In this document: positions 1 to 10,532 of the stretch, one piece after another | Numbering within the stretch: the stretch's first letter is position 1 | Layout of the letters: every line of letters begins with the position of its first letter | NCBI GenBank assembly: GCA_009103225.1 | Contig: RHPI01000638.1 | Coordinates: forward strand, 744,001-808,000 | From: Chlorokybus atmophyticus | Taxonomy: Eukaryota; Plantae; Mesostigma and Chlorokybus algae | Reading direction: 5' to 3' | DNA: 64,000 nucleotides | Position numbers and translations under genes: made by a program | The notes under the pieces: model-generated | Told to the model about the DNA's origin: nothing | What the model saw: the letters and a program-made list of their open reading frames with translations, nothing else | Databases searched by the model: none

Positions 1-37
1 TGCCTGAAGAAGCCCCAGTGTTCGCGCATTCTCGAGA

Positions 38-2194
38 ATGGGTTCAATATGTCCTATGAGGACGAACACTGAGCAGCTGCAAGCGGCGAGAGTACCCGTA
101 CAACCTTCTGACCAGCTGCATTGGCTGCAGATGATCGTTAACGAGTTCACACTGCTGGACATACCCAGATGGGAGGCAGTGGAGGAGTGGGTCGCACGGT
201 GGTTGACCGCAGCAGCAGGGGTGTTCGACGCTTTCCTGCGTGAGCCCGCACGACACATTTACGAGAGTGACAGAACGGCGGTGCCCGCAGCACGCGATTT
301 TATCGCTTGAGCAGGTCCACGGAATACCGGTGCGCAGGTGGTCACCACAGAAATTGAGGAGCCTCGCGCGCGGGCGGAACAGATGCTGCACCTCACTCCA
401 CACTACGACACACTGCTGCTGCAGTATCTGGGGGGGGACCATCACCTACGAGCGCCGACAGCGAGTGCTGGAAGCAATGGCAGGCATACCCATGGCCACT
501 CTCACCAGATATCAGCAGGCACGCAGACCAGGTCAGCCAGAGGTGGACAGGTTCATATGGGGGGCTGTGCTACTGCGTGAGGCTGCAGGGCGAGTGATGG
601 CGGAAGAAGGCCGCAGCTACCAGCGAGAGCAAGGCTACCCGAGGGTCACGCCAGAGATGGCAGATGGCTACACGCGTTCCCACGTCACCCACCAGCTATG
701 ACACAAAGGCTGGCACACATGGAACGCGAAGGACGACTTCACCCTCAGATCCTGCGGCGCATTTGGCAGGAGCTTTTCTTCTCCACTGCCCTGTTGGACC
801 TGCCAGAGACAGTGCCACTTCATGATGAAGGTGACCTGGAGCACGAGACAAGGATCCAGTTGTCGGAGCTGGTGCTGCAGGTGGGCCAACAGCAGCCCAA
901 CATTGATGACACCGTCTCCTGGATCACGCGGCTCCACGGGTATGAAACCAGCAGCTTGAGCATCACGATTAATGGTATCATCGGCACGGTGCAATACATA
1001 TTGCTGAAGCCCATGCCACCAATCGCACTGTTCGGCATGGACTGGTGGAGGGCGTGGCTGGTCTGGCAAGCTACAAGGCGGATGCGTACCACTATTGACT
1101 GGCACGCACGTGATCCCGAATGGAACACCTGGAACGGGTTGCGGACACCTTCAGCACCTCACCTGTATGCATTACGCATACGTGCGCACGACGTGGCCTG
1201 GCGCGACGCTATGACAATGTGCTTGGGGAGGATATGTGACCGGACAGGACCGACACCAAGGATACAGCCACCGCACAAGAACGGGCTGCAGCGGCTGTAA
1301 TGCGGGTGCGTATGCCGGCTCATGACAATGAAGGACTGTTGCGATGGACCAGCATGCTGGTAGTGGAAACTGCACATGACCTCTATCGACAGAGAGAGAC
1401 GTTTCCAGTACGGCCAACCTCACGAGTGGTACCTGCCCTCATGTTTGCCACTTCTAATGAAGCACAGGCAGAGAGAGAGCGACTCACTGAGCGAGAAATT
1501 TGCATCGAGACGGCAGCCGCTCTACGAGAGCCGGGCGTATATGACATGGACATACGAGGAGGTATGCGCATGCGCTCAGACAAGCCGTGGCCATAGCGCT
1601 TGCGAGCTCTGGTTGCTGACATAGTCCAATGCGAAAGCGCATTGTGGGTCATCCTTACTACCGGTGGGAGGAGTATCAATGGATGCTGGTCTTCACAGCC
1701 GCCATGCAGGTGGCCACTGATCGTGCCAGACGACGCTCATGGGGCTAACCCCGCTGCATCAGCAGAAGTTCAGCCGCCAAAGTCCATATGGCCTAGCACG
1801 CCAGCAGCAGAGGTACAACAGGGAGCAGTTCCGGCACCGCGACCTCCACGACCAGCACCACCACCACAACCAATCTGGGGGGTCCCATGGCTGCGACAAG
1901 CAACCCTACCTCCGCCAACAGCCATAATCATGACGCCTGAAGAACGCCTGGCACGCGATGAGGTATGCAGTCGTGGATGCTGGACAGTACACTGTATACA
2001 TGCGGCATGCATTTCACGGCATGCGAGGGGGCGTCACCGCTGACAGACAGTTGCGGACACTATACTGGCTGAGGAATACTAACTTCCCAGCACTAGACTT
2101 CGTCAACCAGACAGGGCCTCGGCACCCACACGGGCACATCTTACCATCAGAATGGCAAGTGGCGCTGGTGCAACAGGCAGCTGCAGAGGCGTGA
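38..2194 (+). pseudogene. Fragmented gag/ORF1-like region of the retrotransposon
   Basis: Chain of overlapping intron-free + strand ORFs (38-310, 240-701, 698-1300, 1300-1596, 1600-2043, 1958-2194) directly upstream of the protease. No clear CCHC knuckle; assigned by position. Confidence 0.55.
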
Positions 2195-2197
2195 CAG

Positions 2198-2700
2198 ATG
2201 GAGCTCGACCTGGTGGCAGCAACACAGCAGCTACAACAGCAGGATCCCAGGCACTATCAAGGACGCCGCCGTGGGCAGCTCATACCAACGCGCAGGAAGT
2301 ATCGCTCGCCTGACGTAGCACTGGTGGACAAGCGTGCGGCACATGTCCTCGTAGACGGGTTCGCGCCAGCACATGGGTTGTTAGACACCCGGGCTCAACC
2401 AGCGATGTTGGGGGCACGCGCGGTACAGGCGCTGGGCATTACCGACGCTGATCTCGAGCCCTGCCCGTTTGTCATCAGGACAGTGATGGGGGAGAAGAGC
2501 CGGGTGCGCGGTCAGACACGTAAGGAGCTGACAGTCATGATGGTCGGACTCGACATGAAGGAAAAGGCGCATCGCGTGGGCACAATTCCTCGTGCCCGCA
2601 ACTGACGGTTATGACGTCCTGCTTGGCACTGAAGCTATGATTTGGGCTGCCTGGTGAATGTGTGGACAGGCATGGCACATTTTAGACCGCACAACACGTG
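2198..2700 (+). pseudogene. Retroviral-type aspartic protease (frameshifted)
   Basis: GLLDTRAQPAMLG (DTG motif mutated to DTR) in ORF 2198-2605; TDGYDVLLGTE continues in another frame near 2600-2640. Confidence 0.85.
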
Positions 2701-3127
2701 GCATCAGTGTGCGCGTTTTCCACTGCAACTCTACCCACCTGGCAGCGCGAAAGCTAAAATGCTCGAAGCACGCCGAGAGAAACGGCCAGCAATGTTCGAA
2801 GACACTGATGAGGTGGGGGCCTTGCCAGCTACAGGCAACGCGGCAGCAGCACCACGCACACGGCTAGTGATGATGGCATTGCTGGAGGAGGCTGAGCTGG
2901 CACCACACCCTGCCATTGAGGACATCATCGAGCACGCCACCGTGACGGTGGTACCACCACCTCCAGCACGCGAACACGCACAACAGGCATTCAGATCGCG
3001 ACGACAGTTAGCACTGCTGGCAGACGACGCGGCATCACGAACCTTCTTGCCAGGTCGCATTTAACCCACAGACGAACACCTGAACACCGGTGTGGTGCCC
3101 TTCACGCGAGAACGACGCGCATGAGGG

Positions 3128-4080
3128 TTGGTGGTGTTGGAGCTGTTCGGTGACATGTCCGGTGGGCTGGCGGCATTGCTGAACTGCGGCCTGCCGGTGC
3201 GCAAGTATTATTACTGTGATCCAAACGGGGCGGCACGCACGGCAGCCGCACATCACTGGCACCGGCTTCAGCAGTATCACCCGCTACAGCTGCCCGCATC
3301 GGCACTACAAGGAGCACTGAAGGCATTGTCCATGGGCATCCGCATGATCACCCCGGCACATCTCAAGGCTTTGGGGGGTGTTGACCTGGTCATCGCGGGT
3401 TGGGAGTGTCAAGGCCACTCACGTGCCGGGCTAGGTAAAGGCTTGAGTGACCCACGCTCAGGATTGTTCCGGGAGTTAGTGCGTGTGGTACGCGCTCTGC
3501 AACAGTTACAGCCTACACGCCCTGTGGCTTATGTACATGAGAATGTTCATTCAGCAAATGACACCCGCGCAACGGCTTGTGAGGACTATACTATGATCTG
3601 CATTGTGCTGGGCGCGCCAGTGTTTATGAACGCTGCCAGGCACGGCTCACATTGTTTACGTGCTAAATGGACCAACCTGGCCACGCGTGAGGAACTTTCT
3701 TGGATGCAGGCAGGGACATCGACCTCCACGGATAAAGGTGTCATGCCATCCTAGAACCAGAGCGGACCTCACTACCAATGAGACGAGATGATCAATGTCC
3801 TTTCTACAGTTGCAACTTCTGGGGTAAGCCACGTGCTGCTCTGCCTACCTTGGTGTCTTACCCTGGCTTATACGCTTTTCGTAACGGAGGGGCTGGCATG
3901 CTGTGGGATGAGCAATTGAGGCAGGCATCATGTGCTTTGGAGCGTGAACGTGCTATGGGCTTCTTATCAGGGGTTATGTCCACCTCCACCCTTACCGATC
4001 AGCAATGCTGTGAGGTGCTTAGCCGTACCATGGATCAGAGCAGTATGACATGGTTATTGAACGCCGCATTTGTCTTGCAG
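3128..4080 (+). pseudogene. C5 cytosine DNA methyltransferase domain within retrotransposon pol
   Basis: Motif I VLELFGDMSGG, motif IV DLVIAGWECQG with the catalytic Cys, GLSDPRSGLF, motif VI YVHENV, motif VIII-like RAKWTNL. After a frameshift near 3740: ILEPERTS..PFY..PRAALPTLVS and C-terminal ERERAMGF..TMD (motif IX/X-like). Confidence 0.9.
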
Positions 4081-4149
4081 GATCGCCATCACCGCCGTCG
4101 AGGCGACACTGCTGGGGGTGGTATACCAATGACAGCCTGCAGGATCCAG

Positions 4150-5640
4150 TCACGCTGAATGCACAGCTGGCAATTTTACCCGAGATGGAAGATACATTGC
4201 ACCTACCACCGATGAGCCAGTAAAGGTGGAAACAGGGAGGAGCATCGACGAGATTGCCACACCAGAACAGAGGAAGGAGCTCACAGAGCTGTTGGACAAA
4301 TGGAGGTTGCGGTTTAGCTTCAGCATGAAAGAGCTCGGCAAGTGCAACTTCTATAAAATGTATATCAATTTGGAAACACAGTAACCCATCTTTCATAGAC
4401 AGCACCGGCTGGCCAAGGTAGAAGAGGAGCTGGTGGAGAAGAGATGCAAGGCACTACTAGAAGCGAGGCTTATCGAAGATTCGATCTTTGACTTCGCAGC
4501 GGCCACCGCGATGCCTCTCAAGAAGAACTCGGACGGCAACTGGACAGAGAGAGGTATGTGTGGAAATTATCGGCCATTGAATGGGCACACAAATCAGGAC
4601 CGATACCCCATGTCGACACCGGACAATATATTCGACGACATCGAGGACTGCACCTATTTCTCCATCCTGTATATGAGGCAAGGCTACAATCACATTGAGA
4701 TCAAGGATGCTGACAAGATGAAGACAGCATTTTGGGGAAACAGCCAACCATATCACTGGAAGGTTATGCCCTTTGGCTATAGAAATGCGCCAGCCAAGTT
4801 TTAAAGGGTGATGGACAGGGTGCTCAAAGGACTGACCTTCGCTGCTACATCAACGACATTTTTTGTGTTTAGCCGCACGCCAGAGGAGCACTTTCGACAC
4901 ATTGAACAGGTATTACAGCGGTTGAAGGAAGCAGGCATGAGCTGTCACGCTGACAAGTGCTAGTTCTTCACACCGTACCATACCTGGACAATTACATTGT
5001 ACCCAACGGCGTGACAGTTCAGCAAGCCAAGGTTGACGCGCTACACAAGGTACCGGCACCCGTGGATTTCTCCACCTTACGCGCATTCTTAGGACTGGCT
5101 AACTATAACCAAAGATTCATCGAGGACTTTTCTAAAATTGCCAAGCCATTCAACGATGTACTGAAGAAGGCAGTGGGATGGGAGTGGCAGGTCGAACATC
5201 AATAGGCCTTTGAACAACTCAAGCACAAGTTGGTGTCCGCACCAGTGCTGCGTAGGCTGGACCCCAACAAACCATTCGTATTACACACACACTGGAGCCG
5301 GCTGGGATTGGGGGCAATACTGTGCCAACAGGGTGAAGACACAAAGGAATATGTCATCATTTAATCGCGAGCCGCAGCAACAACGCAGCGGAAGCAAACT
5401 ACAGCAGATACGAGGGTGAGTGCTTGGCAGCAGTATGGGCGATTGCATATTTTCGGCCATTGTTGTTCGGAAGAAGTTTCAAGTTGCTCACTGATCATCA
5501 GCCCATGAAGTGGCTGATGATCAGCCAGAAGCTCACTGGCAAGCATGCCAAATGGGCCCTCATGCTATAGAAATTTGATTTCAACATCGAGCACAAAGCC
5601 GGGGTTGCTAACATGGATGCTGACGGGCTCAGTCGCAATC
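4150..5640 (+). pseudogene. Reverse transcriptase and RNase H (multiple stops and frameshifts)
   Basis: ORF 4433-4804 (DRYPM, KTAFWG, MPFGYRNAP), ORF 4957-5205 (LRAFLGLANY), LVSAPVL..PFVLHTHWS, ECLAAVWAI..LTDHQP..NMDADGLSR. Confidence 0.95.
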
Positions 5641-5797
5641 CAAACCGGGAACAATGGGATCGTACAGGGGCGCGCCATGACCATGTTGCCGCTCTTAGGG
5701 CCTCAGTGGGGTTGGCCGAACCCGCCGCAACGAAAGTAGTCCAGCTAGACCCGGTGGACACAGACACGGTAACGATAACTGGACAGACCAGCAGGTC

Positions 5798-6830
5798 TTG
5801 CATTACCTAAAGACCGATGACATCCCGGAAGGTGTGACCGCCAAAGAGAAGGACCGCATCTGTCAGCGGGTGAGGCAATACTCCTGGCACGACGGTAGCA
5901 TATGGAGGAAGACACCAGCTGGATTACGGCATGTGCCAGCACCTCAAGAGCGCGAAGCTATTGCCACTACCTTGCATGAGGAGCTGGGCCATTTCGGGGT
6001 CAAATGTACCCTCAGCCTGGTGCAGGGCACTTACTGGTGGCGTGGCATGACTGCTACAGTGCAAAAGGTGGTGTCCACATGTACCATTTGTGACCGCATC
6101 AGGGCCAGCTTACCACCCTTAATGTGGAGTTGCATCCACTGCCCATTTAGGGGATGTTCTACCGGTGGAGCCTCGACATTGCCGGCGAGTTGTCAATATC
6201 AGCAAGGAAACACAGGTACATATTGGTCATGATAGAGCACTTTTCCAAATGGGTGGAGATTGTGCCACTTAGGACAAGAGCAGTCAGGGTGTGGCTAGTG
6301 CCTTCTTGGACAATGTGCTTAGTAGGTTTAGGGCGCAGAGGTCTTGACGGACCAGGGCTCTGAGTTTTAAGGGGCCTTTGACGACTTACTCACCAAGACG
6401 TATATTAATCACTGTCGCACGTCCCGTGATCACCCACAAGCGGACGGGCTGGCCAAGCGCATGGTGTAGACCATTAAAAAAGCCATCAAGCCTTGCGCAA
6501 GTACTGCGTGCAGCATGATTAACATAATTGGGACAAGGCACTGCCTTGGCTGACGCTTGGGTATCGGTGCACGCGACAAGCGTCACTCAGAACCTTCAGC
6601 CCATACTTCTTGCTGTCTTGACGGGAACCGCTATTGCCATACCGGGTCCGCCGCGCAGTAGGACAAGTGGTGAGCGTCGACACACCAGCCACCATACTGA
6701 CAGCGCTTCGGGAGCGAATGAAGATGTTCAAACGGCTGATGCTTATGGCCATGGCCAACCTGCAGACAGCACAACACAGGGATACTGCTCGATACGAGCA
6801 TGTGCGCAGCAGGTTATATAAAAAGCATAT
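5798..6830 (+). pseudogene. Integrase (H2C2 zinc finger plus rve catalytic core)
   Basis: LHEELGHFG..YWWRGM..CTIC; WSLDIAG..YILVMIEHFSKWVE; TDQGSEF; HPQADGLAKRMV. Confidence 0.93.
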
Positions 6831-7076
6831 TCGCAAGTTTCAGGAAGGCAATTACGTATATCGACAGAAGGTCACCCACAACACCTTGAACACCAGCACC
6901 GGCACGAAGGTGTTCAAGATTCGCAAACTCCTACCTACCAGGGTCTTGGAGTTGGTAGACCACACTGGTGCCACCCTCAAGGATCACACAAAGCACAGTG
7001 CTCCCTGCCACCGTCCACATATGGAGGAGGAGGACGAGAACGAGAACTTAACCTTTCATCCCCTGCGTAGCCATCA

Positions 7077-7212
7077 TTGCAAAGGGTGCGGAAGTGCCAA
7101 CCAGGATGCAGATATGATGTTGTGCAATGCCTGCCAGGACGGATGGCACAAGCACTTTTTTATATGCCGCTACCCGACATCCCAGAGGGCAAGTGGTACT
7201 GCGATTGCAGCA
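7077..7212 (+). pseudogene. Degenerate PHD finger at the pol C-terminus
   Basis: CKGC..MMLCNACQDGWH, then after a frameshift PLPDIPEGKWYCDC. This is the C4HC3 pattern with one Cys lost and the last CxxC shortened. Confidence 0.8.
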
Positions 7213-7268
7213 ATGGAGGACGAGTAGGGACCAGAGAGCTATCCAACCCGTGGAGGACCATTGGGTTT

Positions 7269-7279
7269 AACAAGGGGGG
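7269..7279 (+). promoter_or_regulatory. Polypurine tract candidate
   Basis: AACAAGGGGGG about 40 nt after the end of pol and directly before the repeated segment. Confidence 0.6.
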
Positions 7280-7280
7280 T

Positions 7281-7500
7281 AGCCTATTGACTCTCTTTTA
7301 GCCTGTTATGTGTGCAATTTTGAAGGCATAGCTCGGACTGTACAAAGATTAGTAGGAAACCTTGTATTATACTGAGTGCCATCAGGCGCCACGGTGGTCT
7401 GTGACATTCACATGGGATGACAAGCAGTTTGTCAGTACAAAGTAACACTGTCCTAGAGAACTCCACGATACTATATGGCACGAAGGTGTTAAGCACGACA
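7281..7500 (+). repeat. ~220-bp direct repeat, copy 1 (start of the putative 3' LTR)
   Basis: Aligns with 8122-8335, e.g. TTATGTGTGCAAT..TGAAGGCATAGCTCGGACTGTAC and CAGTACAAAGTAACACTGTCCTAGAGAACTCCACGATA. Confidence 0.9.
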
Positions 7501-7837
7501 GCTGTCATGCGATGACATCTCGTAGCAGCGGAAAGCCTCAAGGATCTTACAACCAACCACAACTGCTAGGCATTTTAGCATACATCGACGGTAACGCCAA
7601 TACCTCAAACATCACATGGTCGATGCATATGTGACGACCGTAGGATGACCAAACGCCACCGACATCAGGCGGCAGATCAACCAGCAGCAGACGGCGGTGG
7701 GCGACAGGAACAGGGAGCTCGGCGGCGCAGCGGTATGGCAAGAGGTGCAAGCAACATCGAAAGGCTTTGGGCGGGAAGAACAGCGGCGGACGTAACCGTC
7801 AACGCCGGGTTCGTTACCCTTGGCTTGCAGCTAGGCA

Positions 7838-7845
7838 TATATAAA
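7838..7845 (+). promoter_or_regulatory. TATA-box candidate in the putative LTR
   Basis: TATATAAA in an otherwise GC-rich context between the two direct repeats. Confidence 0.3.
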
Positions 7846-8121
7846 GCATGCATGCATGTGTAACAATTAGTGAACAGCAAGTGTTCAAGTGAAAGCGGAG
7901 TAACAAGTGTTTGCTGTGCATATGCTGGTTGCTTGCGTGTTCACGTGTGTGTACATCAGCATCGCTCGCATTGTATGCTTGGCTGCTTGTGCCATGCAAT
8001 TGATCCCTTAGATGTGCAGTATACAGTACATGTGGTTTTGCTGCATGCACTTTGTAGCGGTGTGTTGTTCCTCCCTTGAGCAAATAGCATGCTGACACTC
8101 TAGCTGTTTGAGAGTGCGTTC

Positions 8122-8335
8122 AGCCTGTTGACTCTCTTTTTGCCCGTTATGTGTGCAATCTTGAAGGCATAGCTCGGACTGTACGGAGATCAGGGGAAGA
8201 CCTTGTATTATACTGAGTGACATCAGGCGTGGTCTGTGACATCCACATGGGATGACGAGCAGTTTATCAGTACAAAGTAACACTGTCCTAGAGAACTCCA
8301 CGATATAATATGGCACGAAGGTGTTACGCACGACA
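8122..8335 (+). repeat. ~215-bp direct repeat, copy 2
   Basis: High similarity to 7281-7500 at an offset of about 840 bp. Confidence 0.9.
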
Positions 8336-8568
8336 TGTGCTTTGCCGACTACGCGCCGATCACACCCGTGCTGGGCGGGTTGGAGGCCAATGAGGCCTTA
8401 TGATAGATTGCATCAACACGAAGGCGATTAACGCTTCTCACCAGCCACTTGCACAACTGATTGCGGTTTCTTTACAGTACCCTTCCCACTCCAAACACGC
8501 GCACACACGCGCGCTGCTCACACACACACACACGTACTCGCACCCATCCACTCAAAAGCGTACTTCCG

Positions 8569-8790
8569 GTGCAGTTGATCTTGTGGTAGGGGCCTGCCCA
8601 CATGCAAGCAGGCTTGTGCGTGAAGCGCACACTGAAGCCAAAAACGGCAAAAAGTGGACTGCGGGCCATACGCACTTACTGTGGCCACACATCAGTCACC
8701 TCGGACTTTACAACATGTGGCGCAAGTCCTTTGTGTCAGAATCAGAGTGCATGCGCGCGTGAGCACAACAGACAGTACTGGGCTGCATCA
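8569..8790 (+). repeat. Dispersed repeat homologous to 15461-15662
   Basis: Shared GTGCAGTTGATC start, GCCAA(A/G)AA(C/A)GGCAA(A/C)AAGTGG..CATACGCACT..CACACATCAGT and GGCTGCATCA end. Confidence 0.7.
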
Positions 8791-9099
8791 GAAACAACAG
8801 CTCTCTATTACAGTACATGCATGCAGTAGAAGGGCACCGCACACAGGCCCACATTCTTGTGCTGCAGCTTGCTAGATATAGCGATGCACTGCATGAGAGT
8901 GGTTTGAGTGCCAAGCGTGAATATTTATGCATGTATGCGGAGGGGAAATGGCATAGGCCATCCCTGCACGAATGCAGCAACTTGGTGACTGTGTGGCGTA
9001 TATGTGGTAGATGTGTGCATGTTGTGGGCATGTACTCTGTGCCAATAGCAGCACACTGTCTCTTTTGGCCATGGCTTCGGTCAGCAAATCTTTCATAGA

Positions 9100-10249
9100 A
9101 TTGTTGCTGATGAGTTGTTCATCGTCGTTCATCGCCGTTGCACCTGTCGATAGGTTTGTGGGGTTTGCATGTGGTTGTCGTGTTTTGTGTCTGCAGATGT
9201 GCGCATGGACTCAGTGGACTAAGTAAGTGTTCGTTTTGCAGCAAGGGTAGATGCGCTTGAAGACAGGGCATGTGAAGTTGCTGCGTCAAGGTGCTGGCAC
9301 GGACATCACGGTGAGTGCTGGAGTGGATGCGAGAAAGCGTGCACGTGTGCATGTGTATGTGTGCGCTTGCATGCGGGTTTGCGGATGTGTCCATATGCAT
9401 GGTATGTTTCTGTGCAAACGTTCGCGAGCGTGCCTAGGTTTGCTGCATGTGAATGCTGTCACTGCCAGTAATGAGTACCATGTTCGTGGCTGCTGCCAGA
9501 CAAGAAGGTGCAGACTTGTAAGAACAACACACTATTGTTGGTTGACTCAAGCAGAGTTCAGTTCAACCTGAAGCCGTTTGCTATCATTGCGCAGGTAGCC
9601 CACCATTGTCCTTATGGCCATGACCCAACATACCAGTGCAACCTTGTTAAGGCGCTGCCTTCTATTGGCGTGCGGTGCAGCAACGGTGAGGAGAAGCAAG
9701 GCGGCCTGTTGGCTTGACCACTGCTGATCTATGACCGACATATGTTGTACGGTGTGGGCGTGCGTGTACAGACGGGGAAGTATGACTTCAACCAGCCGCT
9801 AGTGGCATGGGCACTCAACTATCCGTATGGCGCCATGGGCATGGTCCACACGGTGGAGATGCATCCCGCGTGTCACACCAGATGCTCACAGCCCCACACA
9901 CGTGCATCCGCGTGCGCACGCAGGCAGTTGCATGTCAACATGCGGATGTTGCTGTTGGCTACAGCAAGCACTGCAACTCTCTGCATGGCTGGCTGTAGCA
10001 CCACGAGTCTTGCCTGTGTGGGTCGACATCAACAACAACGCCTCGCGCAATATGTTCTTGCAACTGGTAAGAAGCCTGCCTGCGCTGCGCTGCAGACCTG
10101 TTGCTTTTGGGTTGACGTTGATGAGGCATCCAGTGAAAGTGTGCCAACTGCAGCTTGGTGCTGCTATTGTTGTTGCGTGGCAGGGATTTGTGATGGACGG
10201 CGTTTGTGTCACTGGGGTTGACAGCAAACTTAGTGACCCAGCGCAGTAA
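9100..10249 (+). pseudogene. GLYAT/FR47-like GNAT acetyltransferase, 5'-truncated pseudogene (copy A)
   Basis: Exon remnants match copies B and C: HVKLLRQGAGTD (with a 1-nt insertion), VAHHCPYG, YDFNQPLVAWALNYPYGAMGMVHTVE, VWVDINNNASRNMFLQL. The VYP exon and the EYRRKGLAK segment are largely deleted and one donor site is lost. Confidence 0.85.
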
Positions 10250-10532
10250 TGATGCATTTGGCTGCCCACCTGTCAGATATACACGCGCAGGGGTGCGCGT
10301 TGCCTGGCCCGACGCGGCGCGGCCCCGCGGCGCTGCTTGGCAAGCAGGCAGCGCTGCTTGGCAAGCAACCAGCGCGCGAAACTTCGCAGCAGCAAACTGC
10401 GTAGCATGTATGCAAGCAGGCAGCAGACGCCTGCGCCACAGCGGCAGCGGGGCCTCTCTCTCCCTCTCTCTCCGCTGGGCTGCTGGAGACTAACTGACGG
10501 GCAGCAAAGCCAACCCCCGCAGCCCCGCGGCG

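Larger units (their letters stand above)
1..8335 (+). mobile_element. Degenerate Ty3/Gypsy LTR retrotransposon (gag-like, PR, C5-DNMT, RT, RNase H, IN, PHD, PPT, putative 3' LTR); 5' end lies outside the window
   Basis: Domain order PR-RT-RH-IN is Gypsy-type. RT motifs CGNYRPLN, MPFGYRNAPAKF and a frameshifted YIDDI; RNase H motifs LTDHQP and DADGLSR; integrase H2C2 and rve core; G-rich tract at 7269-7279. Many stops and frameshifts. The right boundary is uncertain. Confidence 0.93.

Noticed and set aside
7281-8335. Direct repeats considered as a CRISPR-like array
   Set aside because: Only two ~220-bp copies in a eukaryotic retroelement; no short repeat-spacer periodicity.
10331-10368. Tandem GCGCTGCTTGGCAAGCA motif upstream of the LRR-extensin gene
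   Set aside because: Two short copies only; no support for function beyond a local duplication.
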